A stretch of DNA of 63,122 nt, filler included, from Ministeria vibrans ATCC 50519 (lineage: Eukaryota > Protista > Filasterea), in NCBI GenBank assembly GCA_943704425.1. It is 9 parts of 9 records of this genome, joined end to end, with 100 filler letters (N's around TTAATTAATTAA, not from the genome) between each part and the next. Parts side by side here need not be neighbours in the genome. Positions count along the whole stretch, not along the records: positions 1 to 15,799 come from CALSCP010001079.1; positions 15,900 to 18,014 come from CALSCP010000730.1; positions 18,115 to 20,352 come from CALSCP010001757.1; positions 20,453 to 31,112 come from CALSCP010001600.1; 5 more parts are not named here. One strand, given 5' to 3'. A program made the position numbers and the translations under genes. Under the pieces are notes generated by a model. That model worked only from the letters and a program-made list of their open reading frames with translations, ran no database searches and had not been told where the DNA came from. Each line of letters begins with the position of its first letter. Positions within the stretch are counted from its first letter, which is position 1. Below are positions 11,314 through 23,700 of this stretch, piece by piece.

Positions 11314-13604
11314 ATGTCGACACCCGCTCCCGCTGGAAAGAGACGTGTCTTCAAGAAGGGTATGATGACGTAATGGGTTTGTCGCTGTCGTAATTTGCTC
11401 CTTTACGGCGGTTGCCCAGGCCGCGCCTCTCGCGCCTGTGTGGTGCCCAACGATAGTTGATGTCAGAGTCGCGAATTCGCCGCTGGCGTTGCTCTTTCGG
11501 CTGATTTTCGCACGAAAACAAACCATAGCGTTTTTGGGCTTTTTTTGAAAATGATTCGTAGAATTCTTTTCATTCGTTGTTTCATGTCGAAGTTGTCCTC
11601 TGTGGTATGTTTTGTTGCCTGCTCCCCGTACGTGGCACAGCCGCGTCGTCTAGTCGTGTCTTTCCGACGCACTTGCCTCAAAACGGATTTTTTGTCTTAA
11701 ATTGTGCATTGCTTGATGCGTCATGCGCTCGTGCGTGGCAGTGGCGAGTCTACTTTGATGTGTATTCTCATTGCATGTACTTGATGTGTGGAGCGACACT
11801 TTATAACAACTTTTGAACTTGATGTTCTTTTTTTTTTCGCTCTTCTGGGTTTTATTTTAACCTCTCACAGAGTCGTACGATGAGAAGATTGCCCTGTACA
11901 TGCCGGTGCGCGATGTGATTGAAGATGCTGGCCTTACCGACGTGGTGGAGGCTGTTGTGTTTGTTCACGACGATCTGAAACAAGATCCCAGTGTCAAAGG
12001 TACCTCACACAGACGAGACGAGACGACTCTACGTTCAAATTATGAATATTATTGTACTATAAGATGTGGCGCCGAGCCCGATGTGCGTGACNNNNNNNNN
12101 NTTATATACCCCCCCCCCCCCACACACACACACACACACAATATCACACTCTCGCTTTGTAGTGTTTGCACGTCTGGCGTGCGACTTCAAGTATGACAGT
12201 GAAGACTGGGAAGCACTTGGCGTGGAATTTGAGCGATCCCTGTACGACAAGGTTGTTCAGGTGTACCCCCCCATTTCACAGCCCCTTCCCTCAGACATGG
12301 TACGCGTCTTATACTTTTGCGTTGAACCATTTTTTTCTTAACTCAATTGTTTTTTTTTTTTTTTTTTTTCTAGTCGTCGTTTCAACGCAAAATGATCCGC
12401 AAAGTGGGCGAGAAGAATGCTTTTGCAGTGACGATGGAGTTGCCGAGTGGGCTGCCCACGTCTGTGATGCTCGTGCCCCTGTCGCACACCCTTGCCGATC
12501 CGTCCACCATCAAGCGCAACTGCGGTGTTTTCTACTCGCTTGTGTGTTTCCCAGGCGCCACCGCCGAGGACCGTCCCCACAAGAAGACCACCGCGCGCTT
12601 TGCCCTGCGCAAACACACCGTTATTCCCCCTCCCACTGGCGACGTACCCGCTCCCTCTGCCATTGTAAGATGATGTGACGAGGAGAGATTGAGATTTACT
12701 AGACAATTGTTTGTTGCGCAGACTGACAAAAAGACCATGCTGAACAACGACGTCGTGTTGTTTGCGGCATTGAGCAAGTCAACGTACTCGCACGGTGAGA
12801 CAGTCAATGTGCAGATCAAGGTGACCAACGACGCCAACCGCAACATTACGGGCGTCAAGCTTGAGCTCATGCAGATCATTGATGTGCGTGTTAGTGATCA
12901 TGCTACGCCCCTTGGCGAACGTGTAAGACGTGGAAACCTTAAGTATGATCATAATCAGTGCTGATGGGCCCTATTATTTTTCCGTGTGTAAAAAACAGAC
13001 GACTGTGTGTTCCGTGGAGTCGACCGAAGGCTTTCCCGTCTCCAAAGGCAAAGAACTGGAGCTCTCTTTCAAGCTTCCCGTGCGATTGCCCGATAAGGTT
13101 GAGAAGGGTTACTCTGCTCAGGTAAGACATTGCATGCCAAGGGACGAAAGAGACACAGCCGGGGACAAATTGAAATGGATCTTACGTCGGTTTTCTTTTA
13201 TTTATTTTTCTTTTTCTCCTTTCTTTCTTTTTCCCTTTTCTTCTTGGATATGCTAGGTTGCAGTGGATGGTGTACTCAAGCACGACACAGTCAACTTGGC
13301 GCCGTCGACGCGTCTGACACACTCGCAAATGGACAACAACGTCGGGTTGATCGTGAGCTACCTGATTGCCGTCAAGTGTAACCGACGTATGGGCAGCAAG
13401 CTTGCTGTTGAGGTGCCCTTCACGCTCACCTACCCGACAGTGCCGACAGCAATGCGACAGTTGTCCATGCAGCAGCGCCGTTCGTCGGGCGCCGCTATTG
13501 CACCACCATCTGCCGAAGATGAATTTGATGACTACGAGGAGGTCGGGCTCTCCGAGGAGTTTGCCAAATTCATGATGAAACGATCTGCAGCCCACGATGA
13601 GTAA
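11314..13604 (+). CDS. Visual/beta-type arrestin, multi-exon (10-N scaffold gap in an intron at 12092-12101)
   Basis: RVFKK, VFARLACDFKYDSED..LGVEF, LPTSVML, CGVFY, YSHGETVNVQIKVTN, AVDGVLKHDTVNLAPST, GLIVSY, VEVPFTLTYP. These are beta-arrestin hallmark motifs, not alpha-arrestin. Confidence 0.9.
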
Positions 13605-13777
13605 ACGCCGGAGCAGTTGAGAGAGACAGAGACAGAGAGATTTTTTCAAAGAAAAGAAATGAATGAAAAGTCGTAGAATTTATTAACAATGTCAATAATA
13701 TTAATATTATAATAATAATGTTATTTATTATCATTCTGTCTTATTATTTAAATTAATTTCTCTTCCTCTCTCCCACC

Positions 13778-15648
13778 ATGGACCCCATCTCCAGCGTGGG
13801 CATGTCAGCAGCGCTTGACGTCCCTCCGCCCCATACGCTGCCCCCCGCGTCGGCATCGTTGGCGACCACACATCCCCATCCCACTCACTGGCGCGACTCC
13901 TACCCCACTCCATACCACCCTACGTCTTACGTCCCATACTCGCACGCACCCCTCTCGCCGAGCGCACCCTTCTTTACGGCTGCGCCAGCGCCTCCTCCGT
14001 TCCTCCCACAACAAGGATTTCAAGCAGCTCCCTGGAAACCAAACGGCGGCAACCCCGCTGTCGCCAGCACGCCACACACCACAGCTATAACCACCCCACC
14101 CCCCACCTTGGCCGAGGAAGCGCTCGCTGCGTCTTCCGGCCCTGTCTCGCAAGAAATGCCGGCAATGCCTTCCTCGCCCACGCTCGCCCCTCTTCCCTGC
14201 CTCCAGCCCTCTTGCGCTTCCGGCCCAGTGACCACCAATGTGACGGCTGTCGTGTCTGAGGCTGCCCAGACCAACGGTACGTTCTCTCAGTCGGCGCCTG
14301 AACAGTTTGAGTTTTACTATGCGGTCCCTCCTCCCTCCGCCGGTGCTCGTGCTCCCATTGTACCCCAACCAGGTGTTGCACAACCTTTTGTGCACATCAC
14401 CTCGCCCTATGCCGCTGCGAAACCTTCCGCGTCGACGGCGAAACGCCCGAGAGAAAGAAGTGCGAAGCGAAGCAAAACAACCACAACACAAGACGATGTC
14501 GTGACGACGACGACGACGACGACACCGCCGCCGTGCCCGAGTGCCACGCACACGAATATTGCCGCCAAGTCGAGTCCAGTTGCCGAAACGGGCGCGCCTT
14601 CAACGCTCAGCGCTGCGTATGCACCGAGCGACGACGAGCCCTGTGTGGCATCGAGCGAGACGCACAAGAGCGACAGGGCACAACAAAAGATGGAGGAGGA
14701 GACGGCGGTGGTGGTACCCGATGAGAGGACGGCAATGAAACAAGAAATGGACGAAGAAGAAGAAGAGAAGGAGGAGGAGGAGGAGGAGGGGGAGGAATCA
14801 AACGACGAGGAGGAGGACAGTTCTGGCGACGATTCGGACGTATCCGAGTCACCCGAAGCAAAGATGCTTCGCGAATCTGATACAACCGGACTGGTATGTG
14901 TGGGACGCGAGCCTCGAGCCCGTGAAACGGGCGCGGTGGCAGCTATGCGCGTCGAAGACTTTGCCACGGCGACCGCTCTGCTCACCGCTGGCGAACACCC
15001 ACTCATTCCGGGACTCTTCTTCTTCCCGGACTTCATCACCGAGGCGGAAGAGGCCGAATACCTTGCATTTGTTGACCGCGACGAACCCACGCTAACCAGT
15101 GCTGACGGAAAGTCGTCGCTGGTCAAGGATGCTGGCACCCTGGCCAGCGCAGCACACACCGAGAGTGAGGGTCTCCGTCGCACGCGTCGCATCACTCCTC
15201 GCCACAATCTACTCGATGGTACTTCAGCGAGCGCTGATACCAACGAGAAGGGAGTTACCATTGTGCGTGGCTGGCGTGCCAGCGACGTATACCAGGCTCA
15301 AGGTGGCTCATCCCTCGTAAGAAACACGCCGTTCTATCGTGGCACGCATAAAAACACGAGCTCTTTCATCTCATTTTTTTTTCTCCGCCCGTCTTTTTTC
15401 TCTCTCTGTAGGCATCGGCTCGCCTCGTTCGTGACTGGGGTCCCACTGTGTTGCGCACCAGCGGCATGACGTGTGCGCGCGTCACCGAGCGTCTTCCCGA
15501 CCTCCCCTACTTTTGTGCTCCCCTTCAGCGTCGCATTGCACGCGCCGTGCGCTCGCACGACTCGTCCATTCCTCTTGACCACTTCAAGTTCGTCTACATG
15601 CAGTGTAACAAGTACGTGCAGGCCGACGGCCACTGGGTCGACTACCAC
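13778..15648 (+). CDS. AlkB-family 2OG-Fe(II) dioxygenase, ALKBH4-like, with a long low-complexity N-terminus; 3'-truncated by contig end
   Basis: IPGLFFFPDFITEAEEAEYL..., RDWGP, MQCNKYVQADGHWVDYH| leading into the expected HxD motif at the exon end. Confidence 0.65.
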
Positions 15649-15685
15649 GTAAGACGAGACGAGAGAGAGAAAGGAGGGAGGGAGG

Positions 15686-15717
<32 letters not shown>

Positions 15718-15799
15718 GAGACAGAGAGAGAGGGAGAGAGAGAGAGAGAGAGAGACAGAGAGACAGAGAGAGACAGAGAGAGACAGAGAGAGAGAGGGG

Positions 15800-15899
15800 N
15801 NNNNNNNNNNNNNNNNNNNNNNNNNNNNNNNNNNNNNNNNNNNTTAATTAATTAANNNNNNNNNNNNNNNNNNNNNNNNNNNNNNNNNNNNNNNNNNNN
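15800..15899. other. Artificial contig spacer (N44-TTAATTAATTAA-N44)
   Basis: Six-frame stop linker flanked by Ns; identical copies at 18015, 20353, 31113, 47557, 50408, 59283 and 61489. Confidence 0.99.
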
Positions 15900-15985
<86 letters not shown>

Positions 15986-16083
15986 TTGAAAAAAAAAAGT
16001 ATCTTCAGTGTTTTGTCGATATGAGGAAGGCAGTGCGACTAAGGCGGACGGGGGGAGGGGAAAGCATCACGTGTGGGGCATAC

Positions 16084-16385
16084 CTCGATGCACTTGTCGA
16101 TGGTGTCGGCGTCCCGAATGGGCAGAGCGAGACCCTGGCCGCAAATTTCCATAATAAAACGGACGTGGAAAGTGCTAGCGAGAAAGCTCTTGTCCGCCTG
16201 CGTGTCCAGGTGGTCCATGACCGAACTCACGACGTTCCTTCGGGCCGCCAGTGGGAAATGGCCCAGCACATTGGATGCTAGAGAGGGAGAAAGTTGTTTT
16301 TTAAGGATTGTCTTTTCGCTTTGGTTCTGCTCCTACTTGGATCATGTTGGAGCAGTCCCTGACGTGCTATCGCGTCAAGGAGCAT
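16084..16385 (-). CDS. RALGAPB: Ral GTPase-activating protein beta subunit, N-terminal two exons (3'-truncated)
   Basis: NVLGHFPLAARRNVVSSVM...LASTFHVRFIMEICGQGLALP...IDKCIEV resembles the RalGAPB N-terminus (SVLHSYP...VKWTMEVICYGLTLP...CVDVY). Confidence 0.75.
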
Positions 16386-16474
16386 GACAAAATCGCAAAA
16401 AAATTATTTTATTCAATTTTCAAACTTTTGAATTTTTTAATCTCAATTCTCAAACTTTTTCTGTTGTTGTTGAA

Positions 16475-17985
16475 ATGACTGTATATCTGATTCGGTTTGC
16501 GACAGAGTATGGCTGCGAGTTTTGGCGGGCCGAAGTAGATGCTCTGTGCGCTATGGCGAACGATGAGCCGGTGTTTGAGCAGTGGTCGTCAGACGAAACG
16601 GTCAGTGTCAGAAGTGATCTGATCACACTGATCGGAAGTGTCTCTAGAACCCCTTTTGTATTGCACATTTGAGGAAGGAGGACACCGTGAGAGTGCTGCT
16701 GGAACGGGCGATTTCCATTGGGTAGGTGCACAGCGGGAGGGGCGGGCGAGAGGGGCGTCATCCGTCTGCGCACTTTCCTGCTGTGTAGTGAGATGTATCG
16801 ACTGCTTGCACACGGAGACTCGTGGGATGCGGCCGTGCGTGGGGTCGCGGAGATTCCCCATGACGAGTGGGTATGTGTCTGGGGAGGAGAGGAGCAGTAA
16901 CGAGCGAGTGACTCTGGTTTTACCGTTGGTTGGTTGATAGGCGCTGCTGAGTGGGCCGCAGACGACGCTGCGCTTTGACGTGAAAGCATTCAACGACACT
17001 CTCACCGTTGCCGAGCAAGAACGAGTGCGGAATCTCTTTGCCTCACGACGCTCGTTCGATGGCAAGGTGACCATGTCGAATCCGCAGACGCACTTTATGG
17101 CGTGGGACGTGTTGTTGGAGAAGGGCAGTCAGGAGCATTACTATTTTGTTGGTGTTATGGTATGAGATACGCCTGCGTGTGTGCAAATATTGTGTTTATG
17201 ATCGCTTTACAGCTGAATGGAGGGAAGAGTGCGCGACAGATACTGAGACGGTATTCGCTGAAGAAGCGCACAGTACTCAGCACCACCACAATGGATCCAG
17301 AACTTGCATTTATCGCAGTCAACAGCACTAAAGTGAGTGAACGAGAGTGAGCGATAGATTGGGGAATTGTGTGAAATTGTGTAAATAAGACAAAGCTGTG
17401 TGATTGTGTGTGAGAATGAGAGTGAGATTCAGCGACTAACTGATTTGCTTTGTGTGAGTGTGTTTTAGGTGACAAGCGGTTCGCTTGTGCTTGATCCGTT
17501 TGGCGGAACGGGTTCGTTGTTGGTGTCTGCGGCCCATGTGGGAGCACATGTGATTGCGGCGGATATTGATGCGCGCATAGTGCGGGGAAACACACGCAAG
17601 ACACAGGCGAAGAAAAGGGAAGGCGGGAAACACGAAAGGAAGACGAAAGGGAAAGAGAAGAGGAAGACTGAGCAAACTGAACGTGCCGAACAGACTGAGC
17701 TGGCTAAGCTGAAAACTGAGTTGACAACTGAACGGACTGAGCTGAGCGAGCAGAGTGTGATTGGCAGTGACTGTGGTGGTCCATCACACTCAGACGTCTC
17801 GGATGCCATTAGTGCGTCTCAAAGTGTTCCTTCTGCTCACTCATCACTTTCTCATCCTCAGTCTCCGCTCTATCGCAATCTCTCGCAATACTCTCTTCAG
17901 TCTCGTTACGTTGACACCCTCATTGCGGATGTAAAACGTAACTTTTGGGCCAGAACGGGTCTGTTTGACGCAATCATTTGCGATC
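16475..17985 (+). CDS. TRMT11: tRNA (guanine-10-N2)-methyltransferase TRM11, multi-exon, 3'-truncated
   Basis: YLIRFA...FWRAE at the N-terminus; YSLKKR...TTMDPELA; VLDPFGGTGSLL..AAH.GA.V.AADID; FDAIICD(P). Confidence 0.9.
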
Positions 17986-18014
17986 GTAAGATTCCCTAGA
18001 GAGCAACCCCCCCC

Positions 18015-18114
18015 NNNNNNNNNNNNNNNNNNNNNNNNNNNNNNNNNNNNNNNNNNNNTTAATTAATTAANNNNNNNNNNNNNNNNNNNNNNNNNNNNNN
18101 NNNNNNNNNNNNNN
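18015..18114. other. Artificial contig spacer
   Basis: N44-TTAATTAATTAA-N44. Confidence 0.99.
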
Positions 18115-18257
18115 TATGGTATAGGTTTCTCATGCGGTTTGCTGATCGGCCGCGCATTGAGTACGTTGAGAAGAAGAATCATGAAAGGAACAAAATATTG
18201 GACTTGCGTCTCTGTTTGCGTATTGTGTCTCACTCCCCCGCGCCCTTCTCATCCCAG

Positions 18258-20233
18258 AGGTTCTCTACGAAGACGCATCGTTTGCTGAGCGAAAGCTTGC
18301 CGCACTTGTCGCATCAAAGGTACAAGAAAATGTTTCAAAAAAAAAGCATCTTTCAAAATCGTTTCTCGTCTCATTCTATCGCGTCGGGCTATTGGGTAGG
18401 TGTACTACCACCTTGGCGAACTGGGTGATGCACTGGCGTTCGCTTTGGGTGCCGGCGATTTGTTTGATGTGGACAATCGAACGCGTTCGTCGTTTGTGGA
18501 GACGGTCATTTCGCGCAGCATTGACACGTACATTGAGCAGCGAGTGCATCCCAAAGAGGGAGAAGTCATTGACGAGCGTCTTGTTGACATTGTCGAGCGC
18601 ATGTTTGGGCGCTGCCTCGCCTCCAACTCGCACCGTCAGGCCATTGGCATTGCCCTCGAGTCGCGACGGCTCGACGCCCTTCGCAATGCCATTGAACAGG
18701 TATAAGCGATATCACATTCTATTTGTGCCAGAGCAGCTGTAATGTGACTGTGTATGGTGTGTAGTCGCCGAATGTCGAGGAGAGCCTTGAGTTTACGTTG
18801 CGAATCACACTGTCGACTGTGAACGAGCGGGCCTTTCGTCACGACGTTCTGACTCTCTTGGTTGATCTTTTCATGGCTAGGTAGTTTTTTTCTCATATGA
18901 TTATGTTGTTCCATTTATATTCTTTTCTTTTCTTTATTGTATTTTTTAATTTTGTGTACTATTGTGATTGTCCTCATTGCTTCCAACTCAAAATAGGTTT
19001 TGTTTACTGTTGTTGTTTGCTTTCTGTACACGTTTGTTTTTGAGAAAGTCATCTCGTTTTTTATTTACCTGATTCAATGTATTTTGAGCAGGCATACTGC
19101 TATTGTCTTCTTTGGGGGGGGTTTTTTGGTTTGTTTTGTTTTTTTGAATCACATGCAACGAATCATAATTATGCTCACCTCATCTCATCTGTCTTTGGTG
19201 TATTATGTGACAGGCCGAAAGTAAACTACGAGTCAGTGTTCGAGTGCCTTGTCACTTTGACGGGAACGGATCGCATCGCCGAGGTGCTCAAGGGACTGGC
19301 GGAGAGCGACGAAAGCCGCCTTGTCGCCTACCAGCTGGCCTTTGTTCTCTACGACACCGCACCCCAAGGCGTCCTGCATGGCATCTCTGCCCTCCTTCCC
19401 TCTAGCGAGCCCAACGACGTTGCCAGCAAGATTCGTGACATTCTCGCCGGCGAGTACACGGGAGGTACGACGATACAGAGAGTAATGCTCAAACACACTA
19501 ATACGATTTTTTTTTTTTTTTTTAGAACTCCACCAGGAGTTCCTTTACCGTAACAATCAGTCGGACCTGTTGCTTCTTAAACACATCATGGACCAGCCGC
19601 GCTCAAACTCCATCATTCACTCTGCCACCGTCATTTGCAACGCCCTCATGCACGCTGGCACTGCCTCAGACAAGTTTCTTCGGTATGCGTTTTTTTTTTG
19701 AATTATCTTGAGGGTGATGAAAAATGTGTGTCACACAAATGTTGCGATTTCGACCGTGAGCTATTGACCGTGTGTGTTATTCATCTTCAGCTATATGACC
19801 AAATCCAGTGTCTCTAGTGTATTCAGTGTGTGTGTATGTTTTTTTGAATCATGATTGAAATAATTCATACGAATTGAAGTGTTGCATCTCGTTTGCCGGC
19901 ATTTGTGCGTTTGTCTTTAGCCAAATGGCTTGACACAAACACACACACAAAATAACACATTTTTAACAACGTCACAAAAGGCAGAAGGGTTTCGACAACA
20001 CTAATCGGGTTGTCGCTCTACTTCACCAACAAAGGAAGGTTTATCTTTAATAATTATCCTTAATTTGCTTGTACTCGATGCTACAGGGACAACCTCAAGT
20101 GGCTCCAGGTCGCAACCAACTGGTCCAAGTTTACCGCTGTGGCCAGTCTCGGTGTCATCCATAAGGGGCATGTCAAGCAATCCCTGAATCTCATGTCTGC
20201 TTACTTGCCCTCAAGCATTGGTGGGCCATCAAG
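18258..20233 (+). CDS. PSMD1: 26S proteasome regulatory subunit RPN2, internal fragment, multi-exon
   Basis: EVLYED...LAALVASK|[50 protein letters not shown]|[28 protein letters not shown]. Confidence 0.96.
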
Positions 20234-20315
20234 GTAAAAAAAGCAAAGAAAAACAATAATATAATCTCATATGAAGATGATAAGAGTTGATCATGCTATT
20301 AGTTTATTTCTATAA

Positions 20316-20352
<37 letters not shown>

Positions 20353-20452
20353 NNNNNNNNNNNNNNNNNNNNNNNNNNNNNNNNNNNNNNNNNNNNTTAA
20401 TTAATTAANNNNNNNNNNNNNNNNNNNNNNNNNNNNNNNNNNNNNNNNNNNN
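20353..20452. other. Artificial contig spacer
   Basis: N44-TTAATTAATTAA-N44. Confidence 0.99.
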
Positions 20453-20716
20453 GGGGGGGGGTTTTGTATTTTTCTGCCAGCTTCAAGAAATGATGACGTC
20501 ACGAATTGGGAGGGCTTCTCGGCCGTCCGCCCTTAATTCCTGAAAATAGGTATCCTGAAAGATGGGTGGTGACTTGGCGAGTGAGCGGAGTCGCTGGGCT
20601 CGGCACAAGCCCAGACGCGCATGGGCGAATCTGAGCGAATCTGGCGGGAAGCGACTCAACAGCAAAACAACAGAGGATACAGAGGAGAGTCAAGCAAAAC
20701 AAAATCTTCCTTTTTA

Positions 20717-23700
20717 CTATGATGTCTTCCACCTCAGCTGCATGACATTGTTGCCGTCGATCGATGCGTTGGGGAGATGCCCTATCTGTTTCATGATGGT
20801 GAGAGCACAGGGCAGCTGAGAATAGAAGTCCTCTTGCGATAGGGTTGAAGCGCGCGCGTCATGCGCGAGAATGTATATGTTGAGCTTCTTGTGGAGGTCT
20901 TGCTTGTCAATGCTACTGCCAAGGTAGGAGGTAGTGCGAAAGAACAAAAAGCCGGCCAAGACGTCAGCGCCCACGAGCAGCCCTTTCTTTGTCGCCCTGA
21001 TGCGATCGGGAATTGGTGGCGCGGGGCGACCTGCGCGCTCGCGAGCGTACTCATGAAGTAAACAGAGCGTCAGGCTGGCGACAACAAGACGGTTGTTCAC
21101 CACGGTGCTGGGGTTGAAATCAAGCTTGTGAGCAAGATGAAAGGGAACGAGACGCTCAAACAGAGCGTCGCGGCAGTCAGGATCTTTGCTGAGTTCCTCA
21201 AAAAAGCGAGCCCCCTTGTTGTTAACGATGACGGGCATGCTCTGGTGGCGTACGGTCGCCTGCGAGCCGTGCTTGACAATGTTGGTGGTCTTGCGCGACT
21301 CGGTCGTCTGCAGAAAGTACTCGACAGCGGCCGGCGAGAGTCGGCGTAGCTCCTCAAAGAACTGGAAGAGCGCTGCGCCAATCTGAGTCGCCTCGAACTC
21401 CATGCCAAGACGCTGCTCGTTGCCGTCGCGCCACATCTCATCACCTAATACCTCTTTAAGTAGATTCATGACTGTGGACTTGCCACAGCCAGCGGACCCA
21501 AAGGGGTACATGAGAACGCGCCCGAGGCAGCCGCTGTGAAGAGCCCGACCAACTATGTCGAAAAGGTAGTCGCGGCTCTCGGTGTCGACAGGGTCGTCAG
21601 CGCGTACGGGGATGTCTTTGGCCAGAAAAACACTGGTAAGGAGCTGCGGTACACGGCGACGGAAGATAAAATCAAAGAAGCGGTTGCAGCAGACGGCGCG
21701 CGCCGCCTCAAGGATGGAGACTGATGTGGGGTTCTCAAGGCGATCGTTGCACGAAATGAGTAGATTCTTGATTTCCTGTTGAGTCACTCCCAGTTCGCGG
21801 CCGCTGGTGAACATAACCTTGGGGCGCTCGGCAAAAGTGTAAAAGATAATCTCATGACGGAGGAGCGCGCTGGCGTCGAGAAGGCCGTCGCGGAGAGGCA
21901 CAAGGTCGCGCCACACGTTGATGGAGCTCAGTGGCACCAGTCTTTCGGGAATGTCAGCGAGCGAGGCAAGCGCCGTCTCAAGCTGGTACGCTTTGAGTTG
22001 CATGCAGAAGATGGACATGTGCGGTACGAGCAGCCCGAGCAAGACCTTCGCAGCCTCGTCGTGCGTTTTATAGCGAAACAGTCCGGACGGCTGGCGCATA
22101 ATGTACCGCGCCTGGGTCAGACTCGCGGCCGTGCAGCGGTACAGGAGTCCCTCGGTTAGGGCCGCCGAGAGTTCGTTGAACGATACGACGGCATCTTGGC
22201 CCACAAAATCACGCTGACCCCACATGTGACCTGCTGCAACGATCACGGACTCGGCGGCCGCCTTGGCATCCGCGGGGATACGTGTCCACATTTTGGCAAA
22301 CCTCAGACGTTCGACAAGTGCCTCGGGCTCCGTAGAGCCGCAGCACTTGCAAGCGGCCATGAGGCGACCATTCACTGTCATGATGGCCATCTGGTTGCTG
22401 CGACTCAGCTGCGACTTGGTTGTGTTCGTGTCGGCGCGCTGCCGCATCAACTGGTCTTTCTGTGTCGGGCACGTCGCCAGCAGCGCGTAGTGGTATTCGA
22501 ATACGCCACCGTCGACGACAACGGGCACCAACAGCGCTGGGTCAAGGCCGTTGGCATTGTAGGTATTACAAATGCGGACCATATTCACCTGGATACGCTC
22601 CAGGCGCTTCTCCTCGACTCCACCGTCCTCGAGCGTTGCATTCACGTACTGTTCGACAGCCGTGCGTCGCACCTCGTCGAGCTCACGACGCGACTGCTCG
22701 GACATGCGTTCTTCGTCGGCCTCCGACACGCTCGGGAGCAGGCTGCAAAGCAGGTTGCCATCGGGAGGCAGGGTCACTTTCGGGGTGGCGGTGTTCGGCG
22801 AGAGCTTGAGGCGGGTGGCATTGGATGCGAGACGCCGAGGGTACAGGAGCCATGGTGGCAGCGACTTCTCTGTTGGCTCCTTGGCAGCTGTCTCTGAGGA
22901 AACAGCTGGAAAGAGGGGCGCAAATTGACCAAGATTGGGAGACCGAGGGCTGCGGAGAATGGCATCGCCATACTTGGCACACAACTTGCAAGCTTTGGAA
23001 AGTGTGGCGGCAGGTGGGCTGTCTTGTGACAGAGCGTTGATCATTTGGGCAACATCCCTCCGACCATCGCGCGTTCCCAAGTTCACATGCGCAAGAATAG
23101 AGACACAGGCACGCACAGCCTCCACCGGAATGCAAGACCATGCTTCGAGCACCCCCTTGTTGACAGCCTTGCCACCTTCCCGGAGCCCCTGCCCCAAACA
23201 GCGCAGATATGGGAGTATCACCGAGTCATACTCGGCCTTGGATTGCAACAGCGATTCAGCGGCGAGGCGGACAAGCGTGTGGCGCCGTGCAAAGTTGGCA
23301 GTCGCCTCGTCTGTGAAGACATCGGGGCACGCCTTTGCGTAGTGGGTGAGGGTGTCCTTGCATGGCCACGCAAGCTCGTGCCACCGAATCTGTTTCTGCT
23401 CAGACTCGCCAATAGAACAGCCTGGCTTGAGATCGACGACACTGTAGGCATTGGTCGCGTCGACGGGGGCCATTTCCTCGCCGAGTAGTTGTCTGAGGAT
23501 GGGGGGCGAGGGCAAAGCAGTATCTACGTGCATGGCCGTGCACTCGTACTGCAGACGGTTCTTTGTTGCAGTCACCTTTGTAACAAAGGCATCGGGACAC
23601 TGCGGACATGTGACTCTGCCAGCCACTCCTTGTGCCACCACCTCGACCGTAGTCACTGCGACATGCGAGAAGAAGTTACGGTCCGTTTTAAAGAGCCGGG

